The notes under the pieces are model-generated. The model worked only from the letters and a program-made list of their open reading frames with translations, was not told where the DNA came from and did no database searches. A stretch of DNA of 64,000 nt from Candidatus Binatia bacterium. Lineage in GTDB: Bacteria; Desulfobacterota; Binatia; DP-6. Each line of letters begins with the position of its first letter. The stretch's first letter is position 1. Location: NCBI GenBank assembly GCA_035650655.1, contig DASRHG010000027.1, positions 32,750 through 96,749 on the forward strand, written 5' to 3'. A program made the position numbers and the translations under genes. Positions 1 to 8,601 of the stretch are shown here, piece by piece.

Positions 1-2
1 AC

Positions 3-545
3 TTCCTCCAGACGACGAACCCGCGCGTGTACGCCGCGGGCGACGTGGCGTCGCGCTTCCAGTTCACGCACACCGCCGACGCCCTCGCGCGGATCGTGCT
101 CGCGAACGCGCTCTTCCTCGGACGGCGGCGGGCGAGCGCCCTCGCCGTGCCGTGGTGCACGTACACCTCGCCGGAGGTGGCGCACGTCGGCCTCTCGGCG
201 GACGAGGCCCGCGCGCGCGGATGGGACGTCCGGACGATCACCGTCCCGCTCGCGGACGTCGACCGCGCCGTCCTCGACGGCGAGGACGACGGCTTCCTCC
301 GGGTCCACCACGCGAAGGGCCGGCTCCTCGGCGCGACGCTCGTCGCCGAGCACGCGGGCGACACCATCTCCGAGCTGACGCTCGCGATGGCGGGCCGGCT
401 CGGCCTCGGGACCCTCGCCGCGACCATCCACCCCTACCCGACGCAGGCGGAGGCGCTCCGGAAGGCGGGCGACGCGTACAACCGGGCGCGGCTCGGGCCG
501 CGCGGCGCGCGGCTCCTCGCGCGCTGGCTCGCGTTCCGGCGCTGA
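3..545 (+). CDS. pyridine nucleotide-disulfide oxidoreductase, C-terminal part (mercuric reductase / dihydrolipoamide dehydrogenase-like); 5' end outside window
   Basis: The frame of ORF 27..545 stays open to the window edge. It has an AAGDV motif followed by a dimerisation-domain-like C-terminus (..IHPYPTQAEAL..). Confidence 0.8.
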   Translation, partial: FLQTTNPRVYAAGDVASRFQFTHTADALARIVLANALFLGRRRASALAVPWCTYTSPEVAHVGLSADEARARGWDVRTITVPLADVDRAVLDGEDDGFLRVHHAKGRLLGATLVAEHAGDTISELTLAMAGRLGLGTLAATIHPYPTQAEALRKAGDAYNRARLGPRGARLLARWLAFRR

Positions 546-633
546 GCCGCGTGCGAGCCGCTTCACCCCATCACGTGACTTGCGGAGCGGCGGCGCCGGC
601 GGGCCTAATCCGCGCCCGAGGAGGAGCCATCGG

Positions 634-1125
634 ATGACGCATCTCGTGAGGACCGCCACGCTCGCGGCGCTGGCCGCGCTCGCCGTCACCGTGCCGTCGG
701 TCGCGGCCTTCGCCGCGGACGACGCGGGCCAGATCGTCACGCCGCAGCGGATGGAGGACGTCGCCGCCGTCCGCGACGTGAGCGTCGCGGACGGGCAGGT
801 CTCGGGCATGGTCGAGAACCGCACGCCCGACACCCTGCGAGACGTCCGGCTCCGGATCCACTCGCTCTGGCTCTGGAAGCGGGAGTTCCGGCCGGGCGAG
901 GACGACAGGTCGCGGGTCGACTACTACGTCCTCCCGCAGGAGATCCCGCCGCACGGCACCGCGCGCTTCACGGCGCCCGCGGCCGTCACGTCGCACGCCG
1001 ACGGCCGCTACGAGACGCACGTCACGGTCGCGGACGTGACGGTGGTCGCAACCCCGGGCGGCGCGCCCGGCGCCGGCACCTCGGGCGGCGCGGGCGGACC
1101 CGCCGCGTCCCCGTCGGCGCCGTGA
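634..1125 (+). CDS. hypothetical secreted protein
   Basis: ATG 634 is preceded by GAGGAGGAG (618-626). The N-terminus is signal-like (LAALAALAVTVPSVAAFA) and the tail is Gly/Pro/Ala-rich. Its stop overlaps the next gene's start (GTGA). Confidence 0.6.
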   Translation: MTHLVRTATLAALAALAVTVPSVAAFAADDAGQIVTPQRMEDVAAVRDVSVADGQVSGMVENRTPDTLRDVRLRIHSLWLWKREFRPGEDDRSRVDYYVLPQEIPPHGTARFTAPAAVTSHADGRYETHVTVADVTVVATPGGAPGAGTSGGAGGPAASPSAP

Positions 1126-2939
1126 CGCCGCCGGGGTCGGCAGCCGCCGCGCGGCCTGGCATGATGCCGCCCGTGTCGGCCGCGGACGTCGTCTGGGACC
1201 TCTCGCCGCTCTACGCGGGCCCCGATGATCCGCGCCTGGAGGCGGACATGGCCGAAGCCGCACGCGCGGCCGCGGCGTTCGCCGCCCGGCATCGCGGCCG
1301 GCTCGCGACCATCGCGGCCGGCGAGCTGGCGCGCGCGCTCGTCGAGTACGAGACGATCGAGGAGCTCGGCCGCCGGCCGAGCTTCTACGCGTCGCTCCTC
1401 TTCGCCGCGGACACGGCGAGCGAGGCGGCGCGCCGGCTCGTCGAGCGGACGCGGGAGGCGTGGATCGACGTCGTCAACGAGCTGACGGCGTTCGAGATCG
1501 AGATCAAGGAGCTGTCCGACGAGCGCTACGCCGCGCTCGTCGCGGACCCCGCGCTCGCGAGCGCCCGCCACTGGATGGACGACCTCCGCCGGCTTCGCCC
1601 GCACACGCTCTCGGAGGCGGAGGAGCGGCTCATCAACGAGAAGAACCTCGCCGGGCGGGACGCCTTCGTGCGGCTCTTCGACGAGCTCACGTCCTCGCTC
1701 CGCTTCCGCGTCGAGGTCGACGGCGCGGTGCGCACCCTCACCGGCGAGGAGACGCTCGCCCTCCTCCACCAGCCCGACGCGCAGCTCCGGGAGCGCGCCC
1801 ACACCGCGTTCCTCGAGACGCACGCCGAGCACGGGCTCGTCCTCGCGAGCATCTTCAACGCGATCCTCTACGACCATCGCCTCGAGTGCGAGCTCCGCCG
1901 CTACGCCGACCCCGCCACGCCGACGCACCTCGAGAACGAGGTGCGCCCCGCGACCGTCGAGGCGATGATGGCGGCGACCGAGGGGCACTACCCGCTCGCG
2001 CAGCGCTACTTCCGGCTGAAAGCGGGGCTCCTCGGCGTCCCGCGGCTCAAGACGTCCGACGTTTACGCGCCGCTCGCGACGACGAGCGCCGCCGTGTCGT
2101 TCGAGGAGGCGCGCCGGCTCGTCCTCGACGCGTTCGCCGGCTTCTCGCCGCGGGTCGCCGCGCTCGCCGAGGAGTTCTTCGCGCGGCGCTGGATCGACGC
2201 CGCCGTCCGTCCGGGCAAGCGGCTCGGCGCCTTCTGCGCCTCGCTCGGTCCGCGCACGAACCCGTGGGTGCTGCTCTCCTTCACCGACACGCCGCGCGAC
2301 GTCTCGACGCTCGCGCACGAGCTCGGCCACGGGATCCACGATCGCCTCGCCGGACGGCAGCGCGCGCTCGACTTCCAGCCGCCGCTCGTGCTGGCCGAGA
2401 CGGCGTCGACGTTCGCGGAGATGCTCGTCATGCGCCGGCTGCTCGCCGCCGAGACGCGCCCGGAGGTCCGCCGCGCGATCATCGCCGCGAAGATCGACGA
2501 CACGGTGGGCACCGTCTTCCGGCAGAACGTCCTCACCCGCTTCGAGATGGCGGCGCACGCGCGCCGGCGCGACGGCGTCCTCGAACGCGACGCGATCGGC
2601 GACCTCTGGTGGACGGAGAACGCGCGGCTCTACGGCGACGCCGTCGAGATGCCGGCGGCGTACCGCTGGGGGTGGAGCTACATCCCCCACTTCATCCACA
2701 GCCGGTTCTACTGCTACGCGTACGTGTTCGGCGAGCTGCTCGTGCTCTCGCTCTACCGTCGCTACCTCGAGGAGGGCGAGCGCTTCGTCCCGCGCTACCT
2801 CGACCTGCTCGGCGCCGGCGGCTCCGAGGCGCCCGACGTCCTCCTCCGGCGGCTCGACGTCGACGTCGACGACCCCGCCTTCTGGGACGGCGGCTTCGCC
2901 GTCGTCGCGTCGCTCGTCGACGAGCTGGCGGCGGCGTGA
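1122..2939 (+). CDS. M3B-family oligoendopeptidase F-like zinc metallopeptidase
   Basis: 605-aa ORF with the HEXXH zinc site HELGHGIH and a PepF-like length. GTG 1122 overlaps the upstream stop; ATG 1161 is an alternative start. Confidence 0.85.
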   Translation: MTPPGSAAAARPGMMPPVSAADVVWDLSPLYAGPDDPRLEADMAEAARAAAAFAARHRGRLATIAAGELARALVEYETIEELGRRPSFYASLLFAADTASEAARRLVERTREAWIDVVNELTAFEIEIKELSDERYAALVADPALASARHWMDDLRRLRPHTLSEAEERLINEKNLAGRDAFVRLFDELTSSLRFRVEVDGAVRTLTGEETLALLHQPDAQLRERAHTAFLETHAEHGLVLASIFNAILYDHRLECELRRYADPATPTHLENEVRPATVEAMMAATEGHYPLAQRYFRLKAGLLGVPRLKTSDVYAPLATTSAAVSFEEARRLVLDAFAGFSPRVAALAEEFFARRWIDAAVRPGKRLGAFCASLGPRTNPWVLLSFTDTPRDVSTLAHELGHGIHDRLAGRQRALDFQPPLVLAETASTFAEMLVMRRLLAAETRPEVRRAIIAAKIDDTVGTVFRQNVLTRFEMAAHARRRDGVLERDAIGDLWWTENARLYGDAVEMPAAYRWGWSYIPHFIHSRFYCYAYVFGELLVLSLYRRYLEEGERFVPRYLDLLGAGGSEAPDVLLRRLDVDVDDPAFWDGGFAVVASLVDELAAA

Positions 2940-3241
2940 CGGGCGCGCCGCGGACCCGTGCAGCCGGCGGTCAGGTTGTCCGACGTACAGCCGTGGTAGG
3001 CGTCGATCGCGGACCGGATCTGGAGGTAGCCGGGCCAGCCGTAGATGGGGATGAGCCCGAGCCAGAACTTCTTCTGCGGGCAGCGCTCGAAGAAGTCGCC
3101 CCAGCCGGCGTTGTAGTACTCGCCGAGCCCCGGATGCGCGACCGAGAGCCACGCCGCCTTCCGCGCCTCGCCCGCCGTCCGCGCGGCGCTCGTCCCCGCG
3201 AGCGCCGCCACGATCACGATCGCCGTCGCCACCATCCGCAT
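2795..3241 (-). CDS. small secreted/lipoprotein-like hypothetical protein; last ~48 codons run antisense into the 3' end of the M3 peptidase gene
   Basis: AGGAGG lies 6 nt upstream of ATG 3241. The signal-like N-terminus is MRMVATAIVIVAALAGTSAA, followed by a well-composed core (GLGEYYNAGWGDFFERCPQKKFWLGLIPIYGWPGYLQ). There is no stop until 2795 because this frame shares wobble positions with the opposite gene. Confidence 0.5.
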   Translation of the reverse strand: MRMVATAIVIVAALAGTSAARTAGEARKAAWLSVAHPGLGEYYNAGWGDFFERCPQKKFWLGLIPIYGWPGYLQIRSAIDAYHGCTSDNLTAGCTGPRRARHAAASSSTSDATTAKPPSQKAGSSTSTSSRRRRTSGASEPPAPSRSR

Positions 3242-3320
3242 GGACCACCTCCTCATCCTCACCTCCCGCTTCTAGCACCCCTCGCGCCGCCGGGCGACGG
3301 TCGTTAAAAGGGGCGCCGCC

Positions 3321-4523
3321 ATGCTTCGCGAGCCCCGACGCTTCCGACACGGCGCGCTCACCGTGCTCCACGACCCGATGCCCGGGCCGCTCACCGGCAT
3401 CGCGCTCGTCGTCCGCGCCGGGTCGCGCTTCGACGGCGCGCACCCCGGCATCGCGCACATGACCGAGCACATGCTCTTCCAGGGGACGCGGCGCTTCGAT
3501 CAGGCGACGCTCAATCGGCGGGCGGGCGAGCTCGGCGGCGAGCACGACGCGGACACCGGCTACGAGGACGTGACGCTCCACTTCGAGGTGTTCAACCAGG
3601 ACGTCGAGGAGGCCCTCACGCTCCTCGCCGAGCAGTGCTTCCGGAGCACCGTGCCGGCCGACCGCTTCAAGAAGGAGCAGCGGGTCGTCATCGACGAGAT
3701 CCGCGGCCGCCAGGAGGACCCCGCGAACTACCTGCACGAGCGGGCGTGGGCCCGCTTCTTCGGCGACGCGCTCGGGCATCCGGTCTGCGGCACGATCGCG
3801 AGCGTGCAGCGCATGACGCGCGACGCGATCCGCCGCTTCATCGCGCGCTACTTCGTCCCGGGGAACATGGTGCTCTCCCTCGTCGGCGGCGTGTCGCGCC
3901 GAACCGTCGCGCGGGCACTCGCGCGCGCGTTCCCGACCGACGGCCCGCGCGCCCGCGCGACGCCGCCCCCGCCGCGGGGCGGCGGCAGCGGCGTGCTCCG
4001 CGTGCGCCGCCGCGACTTCCCGCAGTCCTACGTCGTCCGCATGACGAGCGCCCCGCCGCGGCCGCGCGAGGTGCTCGCGCTCTCGACGGCCCTCGAGATC
4101 ATGGGGGCCGACCCGGACGCCCGCCTCTTCCAGGAGATCCGCGAGCGCCTCGGGCTCGGCTACGACCTCTCCGCGAGCGTCGAGCACGGCCTCGACTGGG
4201 CCGTCGCCGTCATCTCGGCGAGCGCCGCGCGCGACGACGAGCGGCGGCTCCGCGAGACGATCGACCGGACGTGCCGGGAGGCGGCCAAGGGCTTCGCGGC
4301 GGACGAGCTCGAGCGGGCGCGGAAGAAGATCCGCTACCGCTTCGCCCGGCTCGCCGACACGCGCCTCGACCGCGCGCTCGCTCACGCCAGCCGGGAGGCG
4401 TGCGGGCAGCCGTCCCTCGCCGCGACCGAGCGGATGATCGAGTCGCTGCGGCCGTCGGAGGTCGAGCGCGCATGGCGCCGCGCGCTCGAGGCCCCGACGC
4501 TCACCGCGATCCTGCGCGGGTGA
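3321..4523 (+). CDS. M16-family (pitrilysin/insulinase-like) zinc peptidase
   Basis: Inverted zinc motif HxxEH (HMTEHMLFQGT) near the N-terminus; 400 aa. Confidence 0.85.
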   Translation: MLREPRRFRHGALTVLHDPMPGPLTGIALVVRAGSRFDGAHPGIAHMTEHMLFQGTRRFDQATLNRRAGELGGEHDADTGYEDVTLHFEVFNQDVEEALTLLAEQCFRSTVPADRFKKEQRVVIDEIRGRQEDPANYLHERAWARFFGDALGHPVCGTIASVQRMTRDAIRRFIARYFVPGNMVLSLVGGVSRRTVARALARAFPTDGPRARATPPPPRGGGSGVLRVRRRDFPQSYVVRMTSAPPRPREVLALSTALEIMGADPDARLFQEIRERLGLGYDLSASVEHGLDWAVAVISASAARDDERRLRETIDRTCREAAKGFAADELERARKKIRYRFARLADTRLDRALAHASREACGQPSLAATERMIESLRPSEVERAWRRALEAPTLTAILRG

Positions 4524-4577
4524 GCGGTCGCGCGCGCAGGATGGTCGCGCCGGCGCGCCCGGGATAGGCGTCCAGGC

Positions 4578-5933
4578 ATGCGGGGCCGCCTCCTCCTCGT
4601 CGCGCTCGTGCTCGCCTCCGCGCGGCTCGTACGCGCCACCGCCCCCGTCCCGCTCGGTCCGTGCGGCCCGATCCCCCGCCGCTTCGACCCGATCGAGCTG
4701 GAGATCGGGCGGCTCCGGCGCCTCGGCGGCACGCCGATCGCGCACTTGGGCGTCATCGCCTTCCGCGGCGGCCGGCCCGCGCCGATCCCGTTCCAGGTGG
4801 ACGAGCGCGAAGGGCGGAAGCTCGTCCTTCCCGACGGCCCCGAGGCGAACGCCGACAAGCGTCCGGGCGTGCTCGACGCCGACGACGTCCTCGTCTTCCT
4901 GGCCTGCGACGCCGGCGAGCATGCCGGCGCCGACGCCGTCGCGGCGGCGCTCGCGGACGCCGGCACCGTGCACGGGTGGCGCGAGCTCTCGATCGCCGAC
5001 CCGCTCCGCGAGAGGACCGGCTTCGTGTACGTCGTCTCGGCCGACCGGCCGCCCGCGACGGCGCGGCGATACGTCGCCTACGACCCCGCCGTCGACCTCG
5101 TCTCCGCCGCGCGCTTCCGCATCGGGATGGTGGACGCGCTGCCGTCGTACCTCGCGCTCGCGTTCGCGGGGCCGTTCGGGCCGAACCTGCTCGACGGCGC
5201 CCGACTGCGCGCCGAGGCGACGCTCAAGGCGAACCTCGCCCACTGGACGCTCGACGAGTCGCAGGGACGGAACAAGCTGATCGCCTGGAAGGCCGGGGCG
5301 GTGCGCGTCGTCCGCCGCTCGCGGCACGAGGTGTCGATCGGCCTCGGCATCCACCTGACGGCCGGCATCGCGCACACCTACTTCTACGGCGAGCACGTCC
5401 TCTGTCCGGGCTCGATGCGGCTCCCCATCGCCCCCGCGATCTTCTTCCGCGCGATCCGGGCGTTCGGGGGCGCGGACGGACGGAACCTGATCGGCTGGCG
5501 CTATCACGCGGACGGCGTCCCGCCCGCGGGCTTCCTCGTCGACGGCACGATGGACGATGCCGAGCGCGCCTTCGACGGACGCGGCGACTGGTTCGCGCTC
5601 GCGCACGAGCACGAGGCGCTCCTCTTCGTGACGCGCATGAGCGAGGAGCTGGCGCGCGCCGTCGACATCCACCTCGTCTACCGCGACGACGCCTCGAACG
5701 CGCGGCCGCCCGAGAAGGTGCCGGGTCAGGTCCCGCTCGTCGGCTACGAGGGCCGACACGTCGAGGACCTTCCGACGGGCCGCTACCGCTTCCAGCTCTC
5801 GATCTTCGGGCTGTCCGGCTATCGGCGCGGCGACGAGCGGCCGATCCTCGAGAACGTCGACCACCCGCTCACGGCGGACGTCACGGCCGAGTTCCCGCCC
5901 CCGCCCGCCTCAGCCGCGCGGCCGGCCTCGTGA
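4578..5933 (+). CDS. hypothetical secreted protein (451 aa)
   Basis: Signal-like N-terminus MRGRLLLVALVLASARLVRA and balanced amino-acid composition. It lies immediately downstream of the M16 peptidase on the same strand. Confidence 0.6.
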   Translation: MRGRLLLVALVLASARLVRATAPVPLGPCGPIPRRFDPIELEIGRLRRLGGTPIAHLGVIAFRGGRPAPIPFQVDEREGRKLVLPDGPEANADKRPGVLDADDVLVFLACDAGEHAGADAVAAALADAGTVHGWRELSIADPLRERTGFVYVVSADRPPATARRYVAYDPAVDLVSAARFRIGMVDALPSYLALAFAGPFGPNLLDGARLRAEATLKANLAHWTLDESQGRNKLIAWKAGAVRVVRRSRHEVSIGLGIHLTAGIAHTYFYGEHVLCPGSMRLPIAPAIFFRAIRAFGGADGRNLIGWRYHADGVPPAGFLVDGTMDDAERAFDGRGDWFALAHEHEALLFVTRMSEELARAVDIHLVYRDDASNARPPEKVPGQVPLVGYEGRHVEDLPTGRYRFQLSIFGLSGYRRGDERPILENVDHPLTADVTAEFPPPPASAARPAS

Positions 5934-6554
5934 GCGGCGTGCGGACGGGGTCGCGTCCGGCGGGAGCGGCCGGTCGCGGCGCGGCGACGGCTTCCCGCCG
6001 GCCATCTTCTTCTCGTCGAGCACGGCGTGGCGTCCGCCGCCGCTCTTGCGGCCGCCGCCTCCGCCGACCACGTGCCAGCCGTCCGGGCGCTTGCGGTTGT
6101 CGGTGCGCGCGGTGACGCCGCGCTTGCGCGGCTGGCCCGCCACCGCTTCGGTGTGCCGCTGCTCGGTCCGGAGGTCGCGGTCGTGGACGAGGCGGAGCCC
6201 GAGCGCCGTCGCGCGCGCCGCCGCGTCGCCGACCGGCACGCCGGGTTGGAGCCACACGAGGCGGGCACGCTTGGCCGCCGCCGTCTCGAGCGTTCCCGGG
6301 GGCACGGCGCCGGCGACGACGAGGACGACGTCGAGCGAGCCCGGCACGTCGGCGAGGCTCGGCCACGACTTGAGCCCGGCGACGTCCGCGCCGTCCTGGC
6401 GCACCGGGAAGACGTCGAAGCCCTCCACGCGGAGGTAGGGGACGACCGCGCTCGCGGGCGCGCCGCGCCGGGCGCTCGCGCCGACGACCGCGATCGTGCG
6501 CGCCGCGCGCAGCAGCCGCTCGACCTGCGCCTCGTCCCGCGTGAGCCGTCCCAT
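5910..6554 (-). CDS. CoA-binding (YccU/CoA_binding_2-like) domain protein with Gly/Arg/Lys-rich C-terminal tail
   Basis: The internal ATG 6554 lies 2 nt after the upstream stop. It has the Rossmann-like start RTIAVVGAS and a ..VVLVVAG..LVWLQPG.. pattern typical of small CoA-binding proteins. Confidence 0.7.
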   Translation of the reverse strand: MGRLTRDEAQVERLLRAARTIAVVGASARRGAPASAVVPYLRVEGFDVFPVRQDGADVAGLKSWPSLADVPGSLDVVLVVAGAVPPGTLETAAAKRARLVWLQPGVPVGDAAARATALGLRLVHDRDLRTEQRHTEAVAGQPRKRGVTARTDNRKRPDGWHVVGGGGGRKSGGGRHAVLDEKKMAGGKPSPRRDRPLPPDATPSARRSRGRPRG

Positions 6555-6556
6555 CG

Positions 6557-7714
6557 CTAGAAGCGCGCGAGGCCGCCGATTCCGCCCGCGTCGAGGAGAC
6601 GGACGGCCGCCTCCCCGGAGACCTTCTCGACCGTGGCGCCCGCCTCGCCGGCGCGCGTCGCGACGCGCGCGACGAGGTCGTCGAGCGGCAGCACCGGCCC
6701 GCCGCAGTAATCGCACGCCGCGCGCTGCGCCCCGCCGAGCAGCGCGCCGCACCGGCGGCATTCGGCGCCGCGCGACTCGAAGCCGGCCGCGTAGACGAGC
6801 GTCTGGAGGCGTCCCGCCTGAAGCGCGGCGAGCGTCGCGTCGAGCCCGAGGACGCCCGCGTCGAGGACGCGTCCCACGATCGTCGACTCCCCGGCCCGCT
6901 CCGCCCGGGCCGCGGCCTCGCGCGTCTCGCGCCGGATCCGGTCGAGCGGCGCGTCCCCGGGAAGCCGGAGCGTCGCCACGACCCGGGCGGCGAGCGCGCG
7001 GGGCAGGAGGCGGCCGAGCGCCGTCGTCGCCTCGACGGGACCGGCGAGGACCAGCCGGTCGAAGGGCCGCGTGGCGGCCACCTCCTCGAGGAGCGCGATA
7101 ACCTGCTTGAGATGCGCCTGCACGTGGCCTTCGTCCTGGCGCTGGAAGCGCATCTGCGAGCGCCAGTGGTCGGTGCCGCTCGCCTTCTTGTGCCGGACTT
7201 CGTCGGCCGCGAGCGCCTCCCGCACGTCCTCGATCTCACCGAGCCGGATCGTGACGACCCGCGCGCGCTCCTTGTCGACCAGGACCACGACGTACCGCTC
7301 GTGCTCGTCGAGCGCCTCGAGGAGGGGACGAAGGAAGGGGAGCGGCTCCCACCGGACCTCGGTCGCGAGCGGAACGGCGAGGTCGTCGTGCCAGAAGAGC
7401 CCCGCGGAGTCGTCGACGAAGGCGACCAGCGTCTTCGCGCGCGGCTCGATCTCGGCGACGAGGCGCCGGACGCGCTCCGCGTCGGCGCGGAATTCCTCGC
7501 GCGCGCGCTCGTCGAGGCCGTGCTCGATCGCGCGCAGGCGCGCGGTCAGCACGGCCTCGAACTCGCGGTTCAAGTTCTCCGGCCGCGACTGGTCGAGGCT
7601 CAGGTAGACGCTCAGAACCGGGCTCTCGGGCGTCGCCGCGCGGGCGCGAAGGTGCCCCAGCTCTGCCGCGGAGATCATGGGACCGGAGAGTACCGGCTCG
7701 CCGGCGTGCGGCAA
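6557..7714 (-). CDS. bacterial archaeo-eukaryotic release factor 1-like (baeRF1 / Vms1-ANKZF1-like) protein with Zn-ribbon insert
   Basis: 385 aa with a loop HWRSQMRFQRQ at the position of the GGQ/GxxQ loop, a CRRCG...CDYCG zinc ribbon and an eRF1/Pelota domain-3-like end GGIGGLARF. The start is TTG 7714 or ATG 7677. Confidence 0.7.
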   Translation of the reverse strand: MPHAGEPVLSGPMISAAELGHLRARAATPESPVLSVYLSLDQSRPENLNREFEAVLTARLRAIEHGLDERAREEFRADAERVRRLVAEIEPRAKTLVAFVDDSAGLFWHDDLAVPLATEVRWEPLPFLRPLLEALDEHERYVVVLVDKERARVVTIRLGEIEDVREALAADEVRHKKASGTDHWRSQMRFQRQDEGHVQAHLKQVIALLEEVAATRPFDRLVLAGPVEATTALGRLLPRALAARVVATLRLPGDAPLDRIRRETREAAARAERAGESTIVGRVLDAGVLGLDATLAALQAGRLQTLVYAAGFESRGAECRRCGALLGGAQRAACDYCGGPVLPLDDLVARVATRAGEAGATVEKVSGEAAVRLLDAGGIGGLARF

Positions 7715-7736
7715 TTCCCGAAAGGGGCGACCGGCT

Positions 7737-8222
7737 CTAACGGCCGAACACCGCGCGCAACCGCGCGACGAGGGCGTCCGTCAGGTTGCGGACGGGCTGC
7801 CGGTCGCCGCTCGAGAGGTTGGCGATCGTGCCGGCCTCGAGGTTCACGCGCAGCCGCTGCCCCGTGTGGAAGACCGCGGGGGCGTCGACTTCGAGCGGCG
7901 GCAGTCCGGCCGCGAGCACCGCCTCGTCGAAGCCCGGCGCGAAGCTCTGCGCGACAATGGCGATCACCCCCGCGGCCGCGAGCGCACGCGCGGCCGCGGG
8001 CCCCTCCGCGCCCGCGCCGAGGTGTTGTCCCGCGACGAGCACGTCGCCCCGACGAAAGGCGGCGGCGAGCGTCGCGTCGAGGTCTGCGAAGAGCCGGCGC
8101 GCAGCCGCCGCGGCCGGGAGCGCGGCGAACCGCGCGGGCAGAATGTCGGCCGCTGTGAGCCCGTCGGCGAACGCCCACGCGCGGCCGGTGAGCACCGGCA
8201 GGGGTGCCGCGTCCTCGGCCAT
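7737..8222 (-). CDS. LeuD-like aconitase-family swivel-domain protein (degenerate, stand-alone)
   Basis: 161 aa with the pattern GRAWAF.D.. ..DILPA...GDVLVAG..LG.G......ALAAAGV.AIVAQSFA..F.......GLPPLE. The usual GSSRE motif is replaced by GAGAEGP, and no LeuC-like partner is present in the window. Confidence 0.65.
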   Translation of the reverse strand: MAEDAAPLPVLTGRAWAFADGLTAADILPARFAALPAAAAARRLFADLDATLAAAFRRGDVLVAGQHLGAGAEGPAAARALAAAGVIAIVAQSFAPGFDEAVLAAGLPPLEVDAPAVFHTGQRLRVNLEAGTIANLSSGDRQPVRNLTDALVARLRAVFGR

Positions 8223-8237
8223 GCCGCCCGCCCCCGC

Positions 8238-8501
8238 CTATCGATCGCCGGCCACCGCGGCGAGCTGCCAGCGCGGGCCGGGGCGGACGCTCACCACGCG
8301 TCCGGGATGCTTCAGGATGACGCGCGCGTCGTCGACCGTGATGGCGCGCCCGAAGATACGGTAGCGGCCGCGCGCGTCGCGCTGGTTGTTCGCCCACTCG
8401 ACCAGCTCGGCCGGCGTCGGCGGGTGTCCGAGCGCCACGGCGCACTGCCGCACGACGAATCCGAGCATGATCTTGAGCGGCTCGCGCCGTCCGTCCGCCA
8501 T
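8238..8501 (-). CDS. hypothetical 87-aa protein (first gene of the baeRF1 operon)
   Basis: GGGAGAAG lies ~8 nt upstream of ATG 8501. Composition is protein-like and the gene sits 15 nt upstream of the LeuD-like gene. Confidence 0.55.
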   Translation of the reverse strand: MADGRREPLKIMLGFVVRQCAVALGHPPTPAELVEWANNQRDARGRYRIFGRAITVDDARVILKHPGRVVSVRPGPRWQLAAVAGDR

Positions 8502-8601
8502 TCGCTCGACTTCTCCCACGCGCTCTGCGCGAGGGTCAAGACGGCGTCCGGAGAGGACGCCGCTTGACAGGGGACGGGGGGCGCCGGCATCTGGGAGGGA
8601 C

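Noticed and set aside
8386-8601. The longer N-terminus for the DEAD-box helicase (track start 8386).
   Set aside because: It overlaps the divergent 87-aa gene and is Ser/Arg/Pro-rich. GTG 8602 has a strong GGGAGGGA SD sequence and lies just upstream of the Q-motif region.
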